Source of the DNA: an uncultured Acidobacteriota bacterium
Lineage (GTDB): Bacteria > Acidobacteriota > UBA6911 > RPQK01 > JAPXNP01
DNA length: 64,000 nt
NCBI GenBank assembly: GCA_963777605.1
Contig: CAVZRV010000010.1
Coordinates: 512,001 to 576,000, forward strand
Direction of reading: 5' to 3'
Position 1 is the first letter of the stretch, and each line of letters begins with the position of its first letter. Below are positions 38,000-48,835 of this stretch, piece by piece. Position numbers and translations under genes: made by a program. Under the pieces are notes generated by a model. It saw only the letters and a list, made by a program, of their open reading frames with translations. It was not told the DNA's origin and ran no database searches.

Positions 38000-38896
38000 A
38001 TGTCTCGCAAAAACGTCCCGCTGCTTCTCATCGTGTTCGTTCCGCTGTTGTTGTCCTCGCTCCTGGCTGCCCAGAGCAAGGAGCCCACTACGATCCTCAT
38101 CTGGCCTGACGGAGCTCCCGGGGCGGTCGGGGACGAGGACGTGGACCGGCCCACCCTGACTCTCTATCCGGCCGACCCGGCGATCAACACCGGAACGGCT
38201 GTCGTCATCTGCCCGGGCGGAGGGTACGCCATGGTGGCCATGGACCACGAAGGCCACCAGTTTGCCCGCTGGTTCAATTCAATTGGGGTCTCGGCGTTCG
38301 TGTTGCGCTACCGGTTGGGAATGCGATACCACCACCCGGCGCCGCTTCAGGACGTCCAGCGGGCGATCCGCTACGTCCGGGTTAACGCTGCCGACTGGGG
38401 AGTCCAGCCAGACAGGATCGGAGTCATGGGGTTTTCCGCCGGTGGCCACCTCGCCTCCACTGCAGGGACCCACTTCGACAGTGGGGACCCGAGCGCCCAG
38501 GAGCCCATATCCCGCGCATCCTGCCGGCCCGACTTCATGATCCTGGGGTATCCGGTGATCAGCTTCACGACAGAGTACACCCACCAGGGTTCCAGGAGAC
38601 ATCTGCTGGGCGACAACCCCGATCCTGCACTGGTCGAGTCACTGTCCAACGAGTTGCAGGTTGCCAGCGATACTCCGCCGACATTCCTGGTCCACGCGGA
38701 CGATGACCGGGGAGTCCCTCCGGAAAACTCGATCCTGTTCTACCTGGCCCTCAAGAAGGCCGGGGTCCCGGCCGAACTCCACATCTATCGGAAGGGCGGT
38801 CACGGGTTCGGGCTCGCTCCCCAGGACGCAATCCTGGGCTCCTGGCCCGGAAGACTGCGCGACTGGTTGCTGGGGACGGGCCTGCTCCGCCGCTAG
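38000..38896 (+). CDS. Secreted alpha/beta hydrolase (BD-FAE/acetyl-xylan-esterase-like)
   Basis: Signal peptide; CPGGGY, GFSAGGHLA, RPDF..LGYPVI, PPTFLVH, GGHGFG. Confidence 0.88.
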   Translation: MSRKNVPLLLIVFVPLLLSSLLAAQSKEPTTILIWPDGAPGAVGDEDVDRPTLTLYPADPAINTGTAVVICPGGGYAMVAMDHEGHQFARWFNSIGVSAFVLRYRLGMRYHHPAPLQDVQRAIRYVRVNAADWGVQPDRIGVMGFSAGGHLASTAGTHFDSGDPSAQEPISRASCRPDFMILGYPVISFTTEYTHQGSRRHLLGDNPDPALVESLSNELQVASDTPPTFLVHADDDRGVPPENSILFYLALKKAGVPAELHIYRKGGHGFGLAPQDAILGSWPGRLRDWLLGTGLLRR

Positions 38897-39000
38897 TTTC
38901 CAGCGGGGGACGAACCGGTCAACAACGCCGGTCCCGAGAATGAACTTTCTGTCTTCGTCATTCGTATTCAAAGCAGAGTGGAAACAAGAGCGAGGAAACC

Positions 39001-40200
39001 ATGACGAAGAAACGAAAGCGGCGTTGGACATTTCTAATATTGGTCATTCTGTCGATTTCGATCGCGACCTTTGTTTACAGCCAGATGAAATCCGAGCCGA
39101 TCATGATCGACTCATCTCTGCTGGCTTCAGTAGAGCGCGGAGACCTGGCCCGTTCCGTCGTCGCAACGGGGTTCATCGAACCGATCTCGAACAAGATCGA
39201 GATCCGCTCGAAAGCCAGCGGAATCGTCAAGCAGGTACACGTGGACGTAGGCGACGTGGTGGCACCGGGCGATCTGCTGATCGAACTCGATCGCGATCAG
39301 CTCGAGGCACAGCGGCGTGAAGCGGATGCCAACCTGGTGGCGGCGCAGGCCGACGTCAAGGCGGCCCAGGCCGAGTTGGAGCGCTGCCGAATCCTGGCTG
39401 AAGCCTATGACGTCGAACTGGCTCGCAACAACCACCGGCGCAGCATCGAGCTCCTGGAACAGAAGCTGATCTCGCAGTCAGCTTTTGACGCAACCGCCGG
39501 GAAGCTTCAGGAAGCTCTGAACCGGCAGCGGGCAGCAGCGGCGTCCATAGGAGTCGCGCAGGCCTCCATCTCGCAGAAGCAGGCCCAGGTGACCCAACTG
39601 CAGGCAGCCATTGACCGCATCCGGGAAGAGCTTTCCTCTACCAACATTCGCTCTCCCATTCACGGAATCGTCCTGTCCCGCAACGTGGAGGTTGGAAGTG
39701 CAGTCTCGTCGATTCTGACAATGGGCGCCGGCGCAACCACGGTCCTGGCCCTGGGTGACATGCAAGCAGTCTACGTTAAAGGCAAGGTCGCCGAGAACGA
39801 CATCGGCAAGGTGACGGTCGGACTGCCTGCCCGGATCACGGTAGAGGCTTACAAGGACAAGGTTTTTCACGGCAAAGTTTACAAGATCGCCCCCCTCGGG
39901 GCCGAGGAAGACAACGTGACCTCGTTCGAAGTGCGAGTTTCGGTCGACAACCCGGAGGGCCTCCTGCTCGCCAATATGTCGGCCAACGCCGAGATCATCC
40001 TCGAAGAGCACACCCAGGTCCTGACCATTCCGGAAGCGGCCCTGATCTACGACAAGGATCGCAACAGTTTCATCGAACTCCCCGACTCCAGCGTTCCCTC
40101 GGGCCGGCGCAAGGTGGCGGTCAAGCTCGACATCACCACCGGGACGCGGGCCGAGGTCGTGGACGGGCTCACTGAGGGCGACCAGGTCATCCTCCAGTAA
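39001..40200 (+). CDS. Efflux periplasmic adaptor subunit (MacA/HlyD-like)
   Basis: N-terminal anchor; lipoyl half-motifs IRSKASGIV..V..GDVV and IRSPIHGIV; coiled hairpin; GLTEGDQV. Confidence 0.9.
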   Translation: MTKKRKRRWTFLILVILSISIATFVYSQMKSEPIMIDSSLLASVERGDLARSVVATGFIEPISNKIEIRSKASGIVKQVHVDVGDVVAPGDLLIELDRDQLEAQRREADANLVAAQADVKAAQAELERCRILAEAYDVELARNNHRRSIELLEQKLISQSAFDATAGKLQEALNRQRAAAASIGVAQASISQKQAQVTQLQAAIDRIREELSSTNIRSPIHGIVLSRNVEVGSAVSSILTMGAGATTVLALGDMQAVYVKGKVAENDIGKVTVGLPARITVEAYKDKVFHGKVYKIAPLGAEEDNVTSFEVRVSVDNPEGLLLANMSANAEIILEEHTQVLTIPEAALIYDKDRNSFIELPDSSVPSGRRKVAVKLDITTGTRAEVVDGLTEGDQVILQ

Positions 40201-40218
40201 CAGGGTGTCAGGAGAGGT

Positions 40219-41496
40219 ATGTCCGTGAGCATCTACTCCCGTTTCAAGGTTTCTCTGCAGCAGGCGGCGGCCGAACTCTGGCGCCACAAGCTGCGGACCT
40301 TCCTGACCATGTTCGGCATTGGGTGGGGCATCTGTGCCCTGGCCCTGATCAGCGCTTCCGGCGAAGGTTTTCGCCAGGGACAGCGCAAAAATTGGGCGCA
40401 GATGGGAGATCGCATCGTGATGGTCTTTCCCGGACGGACCGAGCTGCAGGCTGGGGGAAGGAGGGCCGGCCGGGACATCAGGATGTACCAAAGCGACGCG
40501 GCCGTGATTCGTGAACAGTGCCCTCTCGTCACCCAGGTCGCAGGCGAAGTGAAGAATTGGGGCGTCGCCATGGAGAGCGACTTCAACGCGGGGCAGTTTC
40601 TCGTCCTTGGAGTTGACCCGGACTACCTGGAGCTCCGCAATCTTCCCGCGGCCCAGGGTCGGAACATCAGCTGGAACGACGTCCAATCCCGGTTCCGGGT
40701 CTGCGTGCTCGGGGACTCAGTGCGCAAGCAGCTCTTCGCCGATCGCAGCGACGTTGTCGGCAGTCAGGTTCGGATCAACGGCTTCCGGTACCAGGTCATC
40801 GGGCTGATGAGCGAAAAGAACCAGAACAGCAGTTACGACGGCTGGGACAACGACAAGGTGCTGATCCCCAATACGGTTCTTAGGTCCGACTGTCCCCCCT
40901 CTCGGGCCGTAGCCGTGGAAGGTCGGGTCATGAACCTGATCTACCGCCCCCTCTCCGTGGTGCAGTGGGAAAAGGCCCAGCAACAGGTCCGCGGCGCCCT
41001 GGCCCGCGTTCATAATTTCGATCCTCGAGACAAGGCTGCCGCTCCGATGTGGGACACCATCGAAACCGCTGCGATGTTCGACGGGATCTTCCAATCGCTG
41101 GGCTGGTTTCTCGGGGCGGTCGCGCTGGTTACGCTCAGCCTGGGTGGAATGGGCGTCATGAACACGATGATGACCTCGGTCATCGAGAGAACCTCCGAGA
41201 TTGGCCTCAAGAAAGCGATGGGCGCCACTTCACGGCGGGTCCTGCTGGAGTTCTTCCTCGAAGGGGCCCTGCTGGCCGGAATCAGCGGGGCTGTCGGAAT
41301 CCTGCTGGTCTGGGGCCTGGCCTCCATTGTGAACTCTCTGCCGATGCCGGCCTTCTACTCGGGACTTCCCCTCTCGGAGGGAATGATCCTCAAACTGGTC
41401 CTGGTCCTGGGTGCCGTGACCATCCTCTCGGCCTTGCCCCCAGCCTGGCGGGCCGCCCGGATGGCCCCGGTAGAAGCTCTTCGATTCGAAAAATGA
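40219..41496 (+). CDS. MacB/FtsX-type ABC transporter permease
   Basis: KLRTFLTMFGIGWG, GGMGVMNTM...ERTSEIGLKKAMGA, PVEALRFE. Confidence 0.9.
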   Translation: MSVSIYSRFKVSLQQAAAELWRHKLRTFLTMFGIGWGICALALISASGEGFRQGQRKNWAQMGDRIVMVFPGRTELQAGGRRAGRDIRMYQSDAAVIREQCPLVTQVAGEVKNWGVAMESDFNAGQFLVLGVDPDYLELRNLPAAQGRNISWNDVQSRFRVCVLGDSVRKQLFADRSDVVGSQVRINGFRYQVIGLMSEKNQNSSYDGWDNDKVLIPNTVLRSDCPPSRAVAVEGRVMNLIYRPLSVVQWEKAQQQVRGALARVHNFDPRDKAAAPMWDTIETAAMFDGIFQSLGWFLGAVALVTLSLGGMGVMNTMMTSVIERTSEIGLKKAMGATSRRVLLEFFLEGALLAGISGAVGILLVWGLASIVNSLPMPAFYSGLPLSEGMILKLVLVLGAVTILSALPPAWRAARMAPVEALRFEK

Positions 41497-42755
41497 GAAC
41501 GCGCACGCTTCTTCAAAACGCTCTCGACGCTGTCTTCGCCAACAAGCGGCGAACGGCCATTACGATTGTCAGCCTGGCCTGGGCGGTGGCGTCGTTCCTG
41601 GTCCTGATGAGTTACGGTCAGGGCTTCGATGTCGCCCTGCACTCCGCCTTTCGGTCGGTTGGGAAGGACCTCATCATCGTTGGCTCCGGCCAAACCAGCG
41701 AACAGGCGGGCGGGATGCGATCGGGCCGGAAGATCGTCCTGGAGCGGGATGACGTCGATGCCATCCGGGAGAGCTGCCCGTTCGTTGGCGGAATTTCGCC
41801 GGAGATCATGCGCGACGCCGCTATCGTCTACGGGACCCGCCAGAAAGAGTACATGCTTCGGTCGGTGATCCCGGAGTACCAACGCATTCGCAACCTCCAG
41901 ATCGTGCAGGGAAGGTGGCTGACGGGAGACGACGAACTCTATGCCCGCAGAGTGGCGGTCATTGGATCGAAGGTGGCGAGCGAACTCTTTGGCGCGCGCC
42001 CTCCGGTCGGCGAAGAGATCACCGTCAACGGAGTCCAGTTCACGGTGATCGGGACTCTCGAAACGAAGGTTCAGCTCGCCAACTACAACCGGCCGGACAA
42101 CGAGTGCCTTTTCATCCCGTACCAAACGATGCAGCTGTTCCAATCCATCCGCTATCCCGAGCTGATTGTTTGGACTCCCTCGATCCCCGAGGTTCGGGAT
42201 CGCGCCATCAAGCAAGTCCGCTCGACGCTTGCCGGGATTCACCGATTCTCGCCAACCGATGAAAAGGCGGTCTTCATCATGGCCTTCAGCCAGTTCACCA
42301 GCATCATCGACGGCATGTCGCTCGCGCTGAACGCCCTGCTCATCTTTATCGGCCTGGTTACCCTGGGTATCGGGGCGGTCGGGTTGGCCAACATCATGTT
42401 CTCGGCAGTCATCGAGAGGACCCGCGAGATCGGCGTTCTGAAAGCACTGGGCGCGCGACGAAAAACCATCCTGGCTCAGTTCCTCTGGGAATCGGTCTTC
42501 GTGGTCCTCATAGGAGGAACGATCGGGGTATTTCTGGGCGTTGCAATTGCCTACTCGGTCGGTTCTCTGCCCTTCATGGGTGTCATGCTCGGGAAGGAAC
42601 TCTCCGAGAAATACGGGCGGATTCACTTCGAGATCTCCGCGCTTTCCGTGGCCGTCTCGCTGGGAGTCCTCTTCGCAGTCGGACTGATCGCCGGCATGCT
42701 GCCGGCCATCCGGGCTTCCCGGCTCGACCCGGTCGAGGCACTCCATTATGAGTGA
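41493..42755 (+). CDS. MacB/FtsX-type ABC transporter permease
   Basis: ATG at 41493 overlaps the previous stop; GAVGLANIM...ERTREIGVLKALGA, DPVEALHYE. Confidence 0.9.
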   Translation: MRTRTLLQNALDAVFANKRRTAITIVSLAWAVASFLVLMSYGQGFDVALHSAFRSVGKDLIIVGSGQTSEQAGGMRSGRKIVLERDDVDAIRESCPFVGGISPEIMRDAAIVYGTRQKEYMLRSVIPEYQRIRNLQIVQGRWLTGDDELYARRVAVIGSKVASELFGARPPVGEEITVNGVQFTVIGTLETKVQLANYNRPDNECLFIPYQTMQLFQSIRYPELIVWTPSIPEVRDRAIKQVRSTLAGIHRFSPTDEKAVFIMAFSQFTSIIDGMSLALNALLIFIGLVTLGIGAVGLANIMFSAVIERTREIGVLKALGARRKTILAQFLWESVFVVLIGGTIGVFLGVAIAYSVGSLPFMGVMLGKELSEKYGRIHFEISALSVAVSLGVLFAVGLIAGMLPAIRASRLDPVEALHYE

Positions 42756-42756
42756 G

Positions 42757-42783
42757 GTCCGACGTGTCGCACCTGTCCGACCA
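42757..42783. repeat. Degenerate 9-bp tandem repeat, three copies
   Basis: GTCCGACGT GTCGCACCT GTCCGACCA. Confidence 0.45.
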
Positions 42784-42930
42784 GCCTGCCTGGCCCGGAC
42801 GGTCTGGTTTGGGTTCTTTCCCGGCGACGCCTGATTTGTAATAGACTGTCCTCTTCGGAACCCGCACGTGTTGCATTGACTCTGGTCACGGAACGCCGAG
42901 GACGGCGCTTCGATTTCCCTGGTACTTAAC

Positions 42931-44736
42931 ATGGATACGCAGTCGAATATCAGGAATTTCTGCATCATTGCCCACATCGATCATGGCAAGTCGACCCTTG
43001 CCGACCGGATTCTGGAAGATACCGGGACCGTCGAATCCCGCCGAATGCGCGAGCAGTTGCTCGATCAGATGGACCTGGAAAGGGAACGCGGCATCACGAT
43101 CAAGATGGCGGCGGTCCGGCTCTACTACCGGGCGGACAACGGCGAGATGTATGAATTGAACCTGATCGACACGCCGGGTCACGTCGATTTTACCTACGAA
43201 GTATCCCGAAGCCTTGCTGCCTGCGAGGGCGCGATCGTGGTCGTCGATGCCGTCCAGGGGGTAGAGGCGCAGACTCTGGCCAACGTCAATCTCGCCATGA
43301 ATCAGAAACTGACCCTGGTTCCGGTGATCAACAAGATCGACCTTCCGGCGGCCAGCCCGGACCGGGTTCGAGCCGAGATTGAAGAGAGCCTGATGATCGA
43401 AGGTCACGAGGCGTTGCTTGCATCGGCCAAACAGGGGATCGGCATCCACGAGATCCTGGAGGCGATCATCGAGCGCGTTCCTCCTCCGGCGGGCGAACCG
43501 GATGCACCGTTGCGTGCCTTGATTTTTGACAGCCACTTCGACCCCTACCTCGGAATCGTCGCCTACGTTCGCGTGATTGACGGAGAGCTCGAGGCCGGCA
43601 CGAGAATCCGGATGATGGCCTCGGGATCCGTGGCCGAGGTCGCCGGTGTCGGAGTCTTCGCTCCTGCAATGAGGGCTTGCGACCGACTGACCGCCGGCCA
43701 GGTCGGCTTCGTCCATGCCGCAATCAAGGAAATCGGCCTGTGCCGCGTGGGGGACACGATTACCGAACACGCCAGGCCGGCCAGCAAACCGCTTCCGGGC
43801 TACAAGCAAATCAAACCGATGGTGTTTTGCGGGCTCTACCCGGTGGACGGAGACCGGTTCTCCGACCTGCGGGAAGCACTCTCCAAGCTGGAACTGAACG
43901 ACGCAGCCCTCAGATTCGAGGCGGAGACGTCGGCTGCGCTCGGTTTCGGGTTCCGCTGTGGGTTCCTCGGCCTGCTTCACAGCGAGATTATCCAGGAACG
44001 TCTGGAACGCGAGTTCGACCTGGAACTGGTCGCAACAGCTCCCTCGGTCGTCTACAACGTGCGGACCAAGAACGGCGAAGAACAAATGGTGGACAACCCG
44101 GCTCACTGGCCGCCGCTGGGCGACATTGAAGCCGTCGAAGAGCCCTATGTAAAGGCCGTGATCTTCACCCCCAACGACTACGTCGGTGCGCTCATGGAGC
44201 TCTGCACCGAGCGCCGGGGTGAGTTCGTCACCATGGAATATGCCACCACGGAAAGGGTCATGCTGACTTACCAGCTCCCGCTCGCCGAGATCCTGCTCGA
44301 CTTCTTCGACACGCTCAAGAGCCGCTCACGAGGCTATGCGTCGTTCGACTACGAACTTTCCGGCTACCGTGAGAATGCTCTCGTCAAGCTCGACATCCGC
44401 ATCAACAACGAACCGATTGACGCGCTCAGCTTCATCAGCCACCGCGACAAGGCCTACTACAAGGGCAAGGCCCTGGTGAGCCGCCTGCGTGAAGTCCTGC
44501 CGAGACAACTCTTCGAGATTCGAATTCAGGCCGGAATCGGCTCGAAGATCGTCGCCGCCGAACGGATTCAGGCCCTGCGAAAGAACGTTCTGGCCAAGTG
44601 CTACGGGGGAGACATCACCCGGAAGCGGAAGTTGCTCGAGCGCCAGCGCGAGGGGAAGCGCAGGATGAAGTCGGTGGGCCGGGTGGAGATTCCCCAGGAG
44701 GCCTTCCTCAGCGTCCTGCGCGTCGGCAACGAGTGA
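42931..44736 (+). CDS. lepA: Translation elongation factor 4
   Basis: [62 protein letters not shown]. Confidence 0.97.
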   Translation: MDTQSNIRNFCIIAHIDHGKSTLADRILEDTGTVESRRMREQLLDQMDLERERGITIKMAAVRLYYRADNGEMYELNLIDTPGHVDFTYEVSRSLAACEGAIVVVDAVQGVEAQTLANVNLAMNQKLTLVPVINKIDLPAASPDRVRAEIEESLMIEGHEALLASAKQGIGIHEILEAIIERVPPPAGEPDAPLRALIFDSHFDPYLGIVAYVRVIDGELEAGTRIRMMASGSVAEVAGVGVFAPAMRACDRLTAGQVGFVHAAIKEIGLCRVGDTITEHARPASKPLPGYKQIKPMVFCGLYPVDGDRFSDLREALSKLELNDAALRFEAETSAALGFGFRCGFLGLLHSEIIQERLEREFDLELVATAPSVVYNVRTKNGEEQMVDNPAHWPPLGDIEAVEEPYVKAVIFTPNDYVGALMELCTERRGEFVTMEYATTERVMLTYQLPLAEILLDFFDTLKSRSRGYASFDYELSGYRENALVKLDIRINNEPIDALSFISHRDKAYYKGKALVSRLREVLPRQLFEIRIQAGIGSKIVAAERIQALRKNVLAKCYGGDITRKRKLLERQREGKRRMKSVGRVEIPQEAFLSVLRVGNE

Positions 44737-44745
44737 CGGAGCAGC

Positions 44746-46470
44746 TCAAATCATCCCGGCAGTGCGGACCAGGTCGATCAGAAGATACCCGCCCTGGACG
44801 TTTCGGACTCGATCCCATCCCCGGTTCATCAGAATTCGCTGAGCGACGTAACTCCGGTACCCACTGCGGCAATGGACGACCACGTCGCGGTCTCTCGGCA
44901 CCTCTTCGAGGCGTCCCCGCAGTTCGTCGAGCGGAATGTTGACGGCCACGTCGAGGTTTCCTTCCGAGTACTCCGGAGGCGTCCGGACGTCAAGTACGAA
45001 CGGCGGCTGCTCGCCGGACAGTTCCTTCATGAGTTCGAATGGAGTAATGGCGGGCATTACGGCTCTCCGGATGTTTGCTCCTGCAAAACCCACCATGATC
45101 GGAACATCTTTGGCCGATCCCACCGGCGGGGCGTAACAGAGATCGAGTTGCTCCAGGTCTTCGACCGTCATCTTGCCCGAGATGGCAGTGGCCAGCACAT
45201 CCACCCGCTTGTCGACGCCCTTGCCTCCAACCCCCTGGGCACCGAGAATCCGACCGGAATCAGCATCGTACAGGACCTTCAAAAAAAGCGGCTCGGCATT
45301 CGGATAGTAGCCCGCGTTACTGGCCCCGAACATGTAAGCGATCTCGTAAGACACGCCCCATTCCCGCGCGCTCCGCTCACTCAGGCCAGTGACCGCCGCA
45401 AGACAGTCACAGACCCGCACCACGGCGGTACCCAGGACACCCGAAAAAGAGAGCCGCTCCGAATGGTCTTCCGGGGCGCCCAGGAGATCGAGGGCCGCAT
45501 TTGCCCCCGCAACGCGCCCCATCTTGTTGGCCGGTCCGGCCAGTGGAATGTTGACCGGCTTGCAGAGCACCAGGTGGTTGACTTCGCAGTTGTCACCGGC
45601 CGCGTAGATCCCCGGAATGCTGGTCCGCTGCCGGGCGTCCACCTTGATTGCGCCCGTGGTACCCAAGTCGATTCCGGCGTCCCCGGCCAGCTGGACGTTC
45701 GGCCTGACTCCCAGCGCCTGAACCCCGATGTCGAACAGGACCTCACGGCCCGATTCGGTACGGGCCACGGTCGTCCCTTCGATTTCGACAATTTCGGCAA
45801 TCGCGTCTCCGAGAAACACATCTGCCCCTTCACTCTCGAGGGCGTGGCGAAGCTGCAAAGCGACCTCGGGGTCCAGACCCGACATCACCTGGTTAGCCTT
45901 CTCGACAACGGTCACCTTGAGACCGAGCAGGGCCAGCTGTTCGGCGGTTTCGAGGCCGATGTACCCACCCCCCATGACGAGAGCCCGGCAACCGGCATCG
46001 GGGTGGCAGGCGCGGGCCGCCAACTGGTCGAGGTGGGAAAGGATCGAATCGACGTCGGGAACGGTCCGTACCGTGAAAATGTTGGCACGATCCAGTCCTG
46101 GGATCGGCGGCTTGATGGCTACCGTTCCGGTGGCGAGAATGAGTCGATCGTACTCGACCGTCTCCTCATTCCCGTCGCTGTCGCTGACCGTCACCGACTG
46201 TCCGGCCGGATCTACCAACAAGACCCTGGTGTGTACCCGAACGTCGATTCCGAAACGACGTGAGAAGTCGACACGATCGGTTACAAAGAGCCGCTCGCGC
46301 CGGTTGATTTCCTGGCCGACATAGTAGGGCAGTCCGCAGTTAGCAAAGCTGATATAGGGCCCCGCTTCGAAGATGACAATTTCCAGCTCTTCACTGGTTC
46401 GCCGGGCCTTGGCGGCGGCCGAGGCTCCGGCTGCGACACCCCCCACCACCAGAAGTCTTTTCCGTGACAT
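44746..46470 (-). CDS. CoA-disulfide/persulfide reductase-rhodanese fusion (CoADR-RHD)
   Basis: GGVAAGAS, SFANCGLPY, GGGYIGLE, LDLCYAPP; rhodanese domain LDVRTPPEY...HCRSGYRS. Confidence 0.9.
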   Translation of the reverse strand: MSRKRLLVVGGVAAGASAAAKARRTSEELEIVIFEAGPYISFANCGLPYYVGQEINRRERLFVTDRVDFSRRFGIDVRVHTRVLLVDPAGQSVTVSDSDGNEETVEYDRLILATGTVAIKPPIPGLDRANIFTVRTVPDVDSILSHLDQLAARACHPDAGCRALVMGGGYIGLETAEQLALLGLKVTVVEKANQVMSGLDPEVALQLRHALESEGADVFLGDAIAEIVEIEGTTVARTESGREVLFDIGVQALGVRPNVQLAGDAGIDLGTTGAIKVDARQRTSIPGIYAAGDNCEVNHLVLCKPVNIPLAGPANKMGRVAGANAALDLLGAPEDHSERLSFSGVLGTAVVRVCDCLAAVTGLSERSAREWGVSYEIAYMFGASNAGYYPNAEPLFLKVLYDADSGRILGAQGVGGKGVDKRVDVLATAISGKMTVEDLEQLDLCYAPPVGSAKDVPIMVGFAGANIRRAVMPAITPFELMKELSGEQPPFVLDVRTPPEYSEGNLDVAVNIPLDELRGRLEEVPRDRDVVVHCRSGYRSYVAQRILMNRGWDRVRNVQGGYLLIDLVRTAGMI

Positions 46471-46604
46471 GTTCGACACCTCTCAATCGGCTCCGTGGCA
46501 AAGTGCCAGGAGACGTCCCGGATTCTATCCGTCGCGCGGAATCCTCTTCAACCTGAACCGGGGTTCCCACACAGCACGGACTTTCATGAGAAAATCAGCC
46601 AGGA

Positions 46605-47792
46605 GTGATTATCGAGGGTGCTTTCGCAATATATATCCATGTTCCGATATGCGCCCACAAGTGCTACTACTGTGACTTTCATTCCCGACCTGTTGAACCG
46701 ACCGACCGAAGCCGTTACCTGAAAGCTCTCTGCAACGAGATTCGCAACACTCCCTACAAGGACTCCCGCGCCTGCACGCTTTTCCTGGGAGGCGGCACCC
46801 CCTCTGAGCTGACCGGCGACGAAATCGAACGGATCGTCCGGGCACTGGAGGAGAGCTTTGTCTTCGATTCAGAAGCCGAGTGGACGATCGAGTGCAACCC
46901 GGGGACGGTGAGTCCTGCATCCTGCGACCGCTTCCTCGAGCTGGGTTTCGACCGGGTCAGCATGGGTGCGCAGTCCTTCCACAATCATCACCTGAAACGA
47001 CTGGGGCGGATCCACTCCGCCAGTGACATCAGCCGGGGTTTCGACTGGTTCAGGGGCGCGGGATTCGAAAACATCAGCCTGGACCTGATGTTTGGTATTC
47101 CGGACCAGACCCGGAGAGAGTGGAATACCGATCTCAAGAAAGCGATCGAACTCGGCCCGGAGCACATGTCGCTCTACAGCCTCTCGATCGAGCCTGGGAC
47201 TCCGTTCGGACATCTTGTCGAGGTCGGCAACCTGCAGCAGTCTGATGACGACGTCATCGCCGATATGTACGAGACGGCGATGGACGTCACCCTGGCCGCC
47301 GGGTACCACCAGTACGAAATCTCTAACTACGCCCTGCCCGGCTACGAGTGCACCCACAACCTCTCGTACTGGTCCAATTCACCATACCTCGGATTCGGAG
47401 TGAGTGCCGCTTCGTATTGCAACGGAGTTCGCTGGACCAACACCTACGACTGGAACGCCTATTTCAAGGCTGCCGAAACGGGCCAGGTACCCCGCTTGAG
47501 CGTGGAGCGGCTCGACTGGAACCTGGCGCTCGGCGAGGAAGTCATGCTGGGTCTGCGGACAAGCCGGGGAATCTCCACTTCTCGCCTTTCCCGCAAGTAC
47601 CGCTGTGACTTCGAAGGGCTCTTCCGGTTCTCCATCGACTTCTTGACCGAGCAGGACTTGCTGGCGCGAGAGGGCGATCAGCTGAGGCTGACTCGGCGAG
47701 GCCGCCTGCTTGCGAACGAAGTCTGCAGGGAATTCCTCGACTCCGCACGCCGTCTGGATGGCAGCGCGGAACGCCCCCCGGCCAACGAGTGA
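46605..47792 (+). CDS. hemW: Radical SAM heme chaperone HemW (HemN-like)
   Basis: YIHVPICAHKCYYCDF, GGGTPS, YEISNY, HNLSYW (HNxxYW). Confidence 0.88.
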   Translation: MIIEGAFAIYIHVPICAHKCYYCDFHSRPVEPTDRSRYLKALCNEIRNTPYKDSRACTLFLGGGTPSELTGDEIERIVRALEESFVFDSEAEWTIECNPGTVSPASCDRFLELGFDRVSMGAQSFHNHHLKRLGRIHSASDISRGFDWFRGAGFENISLDLMFGIPDQTRREWNTDLKKAIELGPEHMSLYSLSIEPGTPFGHLVEVGNLQQSDDDVIADMYETAMDVTLAAGYHQYEISNYALPGYECTHNLSYWSNSPYLGFGVSAASYCNGVRWTNTYDWNAYFKAAETGQVPRLSVERLDWNLALGEEVMLGLRTSRGISTSRLSRKYRCDFEGLFRFSIDFLTEQDLLAREGDQLRLTRRGRLLANEVCREFLDSARRLDGSAERPPANE

Positions 47793-47825
47793 GGCTCCCC
47801 GGAGCAGCACGATCGGGGGCCCGTT

Positions 47826-48833
47826 TCAGACCCTCACGGTAACCTGGTGAATCCCGGTGGATCCTGAAGGAAACACCCCCGAGTAACCCTCCTCCTGACG
47901 CCTCCCGGCCGCATCGACGACCCGCGCCGACAAAGTGTATTCACCGGTCGACTTCGGAACCCAGTCGAATGTCCACGTGCTCCAGGCATTGGGTCGAGGT
48001 GGCTCTCCAAGAACGGCCCGGTGCCAGGTCTCGCCATCGTCGCTGACCTCGATCCTCCCGGCCGGCGCGGCACCACAAAATGCCACCCCGCTCACCTGGT
48101 ACCGGCCGGCCGCCTGCCGGCGCGCCGAGTCAATTCGTGCCGTCATGTGAATAGAGCACTCGTCGCACCAGCCCCGGCGTTCCCAGTAGCCCGGGTCTTC
48201 TTCAGAAACGACGATCTTCTCGAGCCAGCGCGGCTGTTTCATCCCGTATCTACCGGGGATCAAAACGCGCAGCGGATAGCCGTGCGCAGGAGGAATGGGT
48301 TCGCCGTTCATCTCGTAGGCCAGCAGAGTCTCCGGGTCGATAGCATCCGAGAGGGGAATGCTGGAATAGAAACCGTCCATCCCGTAAAACGTTGCAAACA
48401 GTCCCTTCGCTCGTCCGCCCAGCACCGGCTCGATTACCTGGCGTAGCGAAACGGACGTCCACTCCGCGTTCCCCATTCCTGTTCCGCCGACTCCGTTGCC
48501 GACGCAGACCAGGGTCCTCATTTCACGTTGCACCGCCAAGGATCGAATCTGATCCAGGCTCATCGATTGCTTTCCGCCCGGCCCTTCCAGGAGCAGGCGA
48601 AACTCAGCCGGATCAATTTCGGGACGGAAACCGGGGCGAATCGAGACCGAGAAGAAGGACTGATTCGGCGTCACATAATTGGTTTCCCGCTGGGCAACAG
48701 GTACGGGTCGAAACTTCCACCACCGGTACGCATAGATGGCTCCGATGCCGGTCACAGTGAAGGTGATGAACCTCCGTCTCAGCACCGCTCGCCGGTTTCG
48801 TTTCCGTTCTTCCTGAAATTCGAAAAGCGCCAT
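47826..48833 (-). CDS. Sulfite-oxidase-family molybdopterin oxidoreductase with dimerisation domain
   Basis: TLVCVGN (Mo-ligating Cys), GNAEW, LAYEMNGEP..AHGYPLR..PGRYGMKQPRW, GYWE. Confidence 0.85.
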   Translation of the reverse strand: MALFEFQEERKRNRRAVLRRRFITFTVTGIGAIYAYRWWKFRPVPVAQRETNYVTPNQSFFSVSIRPGFRPEIDPAEFRLLLEGPGGKQSMSLDQIRSLAVQREMRTLVCVGNGVGGTGMGNAEWTSVSLRQVIEPVLGGRAKGLFATFYGMDGFYSSIPLSDAIDPETLLAYEMNGEPIPPAHGYPLRVLIPGRYGMKQPRWLEKIVVSEEDPGYWERRGWCDECSIHMTARIDSARRQAAGRYQVSGVAFCGAAPAGRIEVSDDGETWHRAVLGEPPRPNAWSTWTFDWVPKSTGEYTLSARVVDAAGRRQEEGYSGVFPSGSTGIHQVTVRV

Positions 48834-48835
48834 GG

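Noticed and set aside
42886-46263. Long antisense ORFs (42886-44106, 44872-46263; likewise 41355-42977, 55891-57585, 39478-40686)
   Set aside because: These are shadow ORFs opposite well-supported genes, as expected in high-GC DNA.
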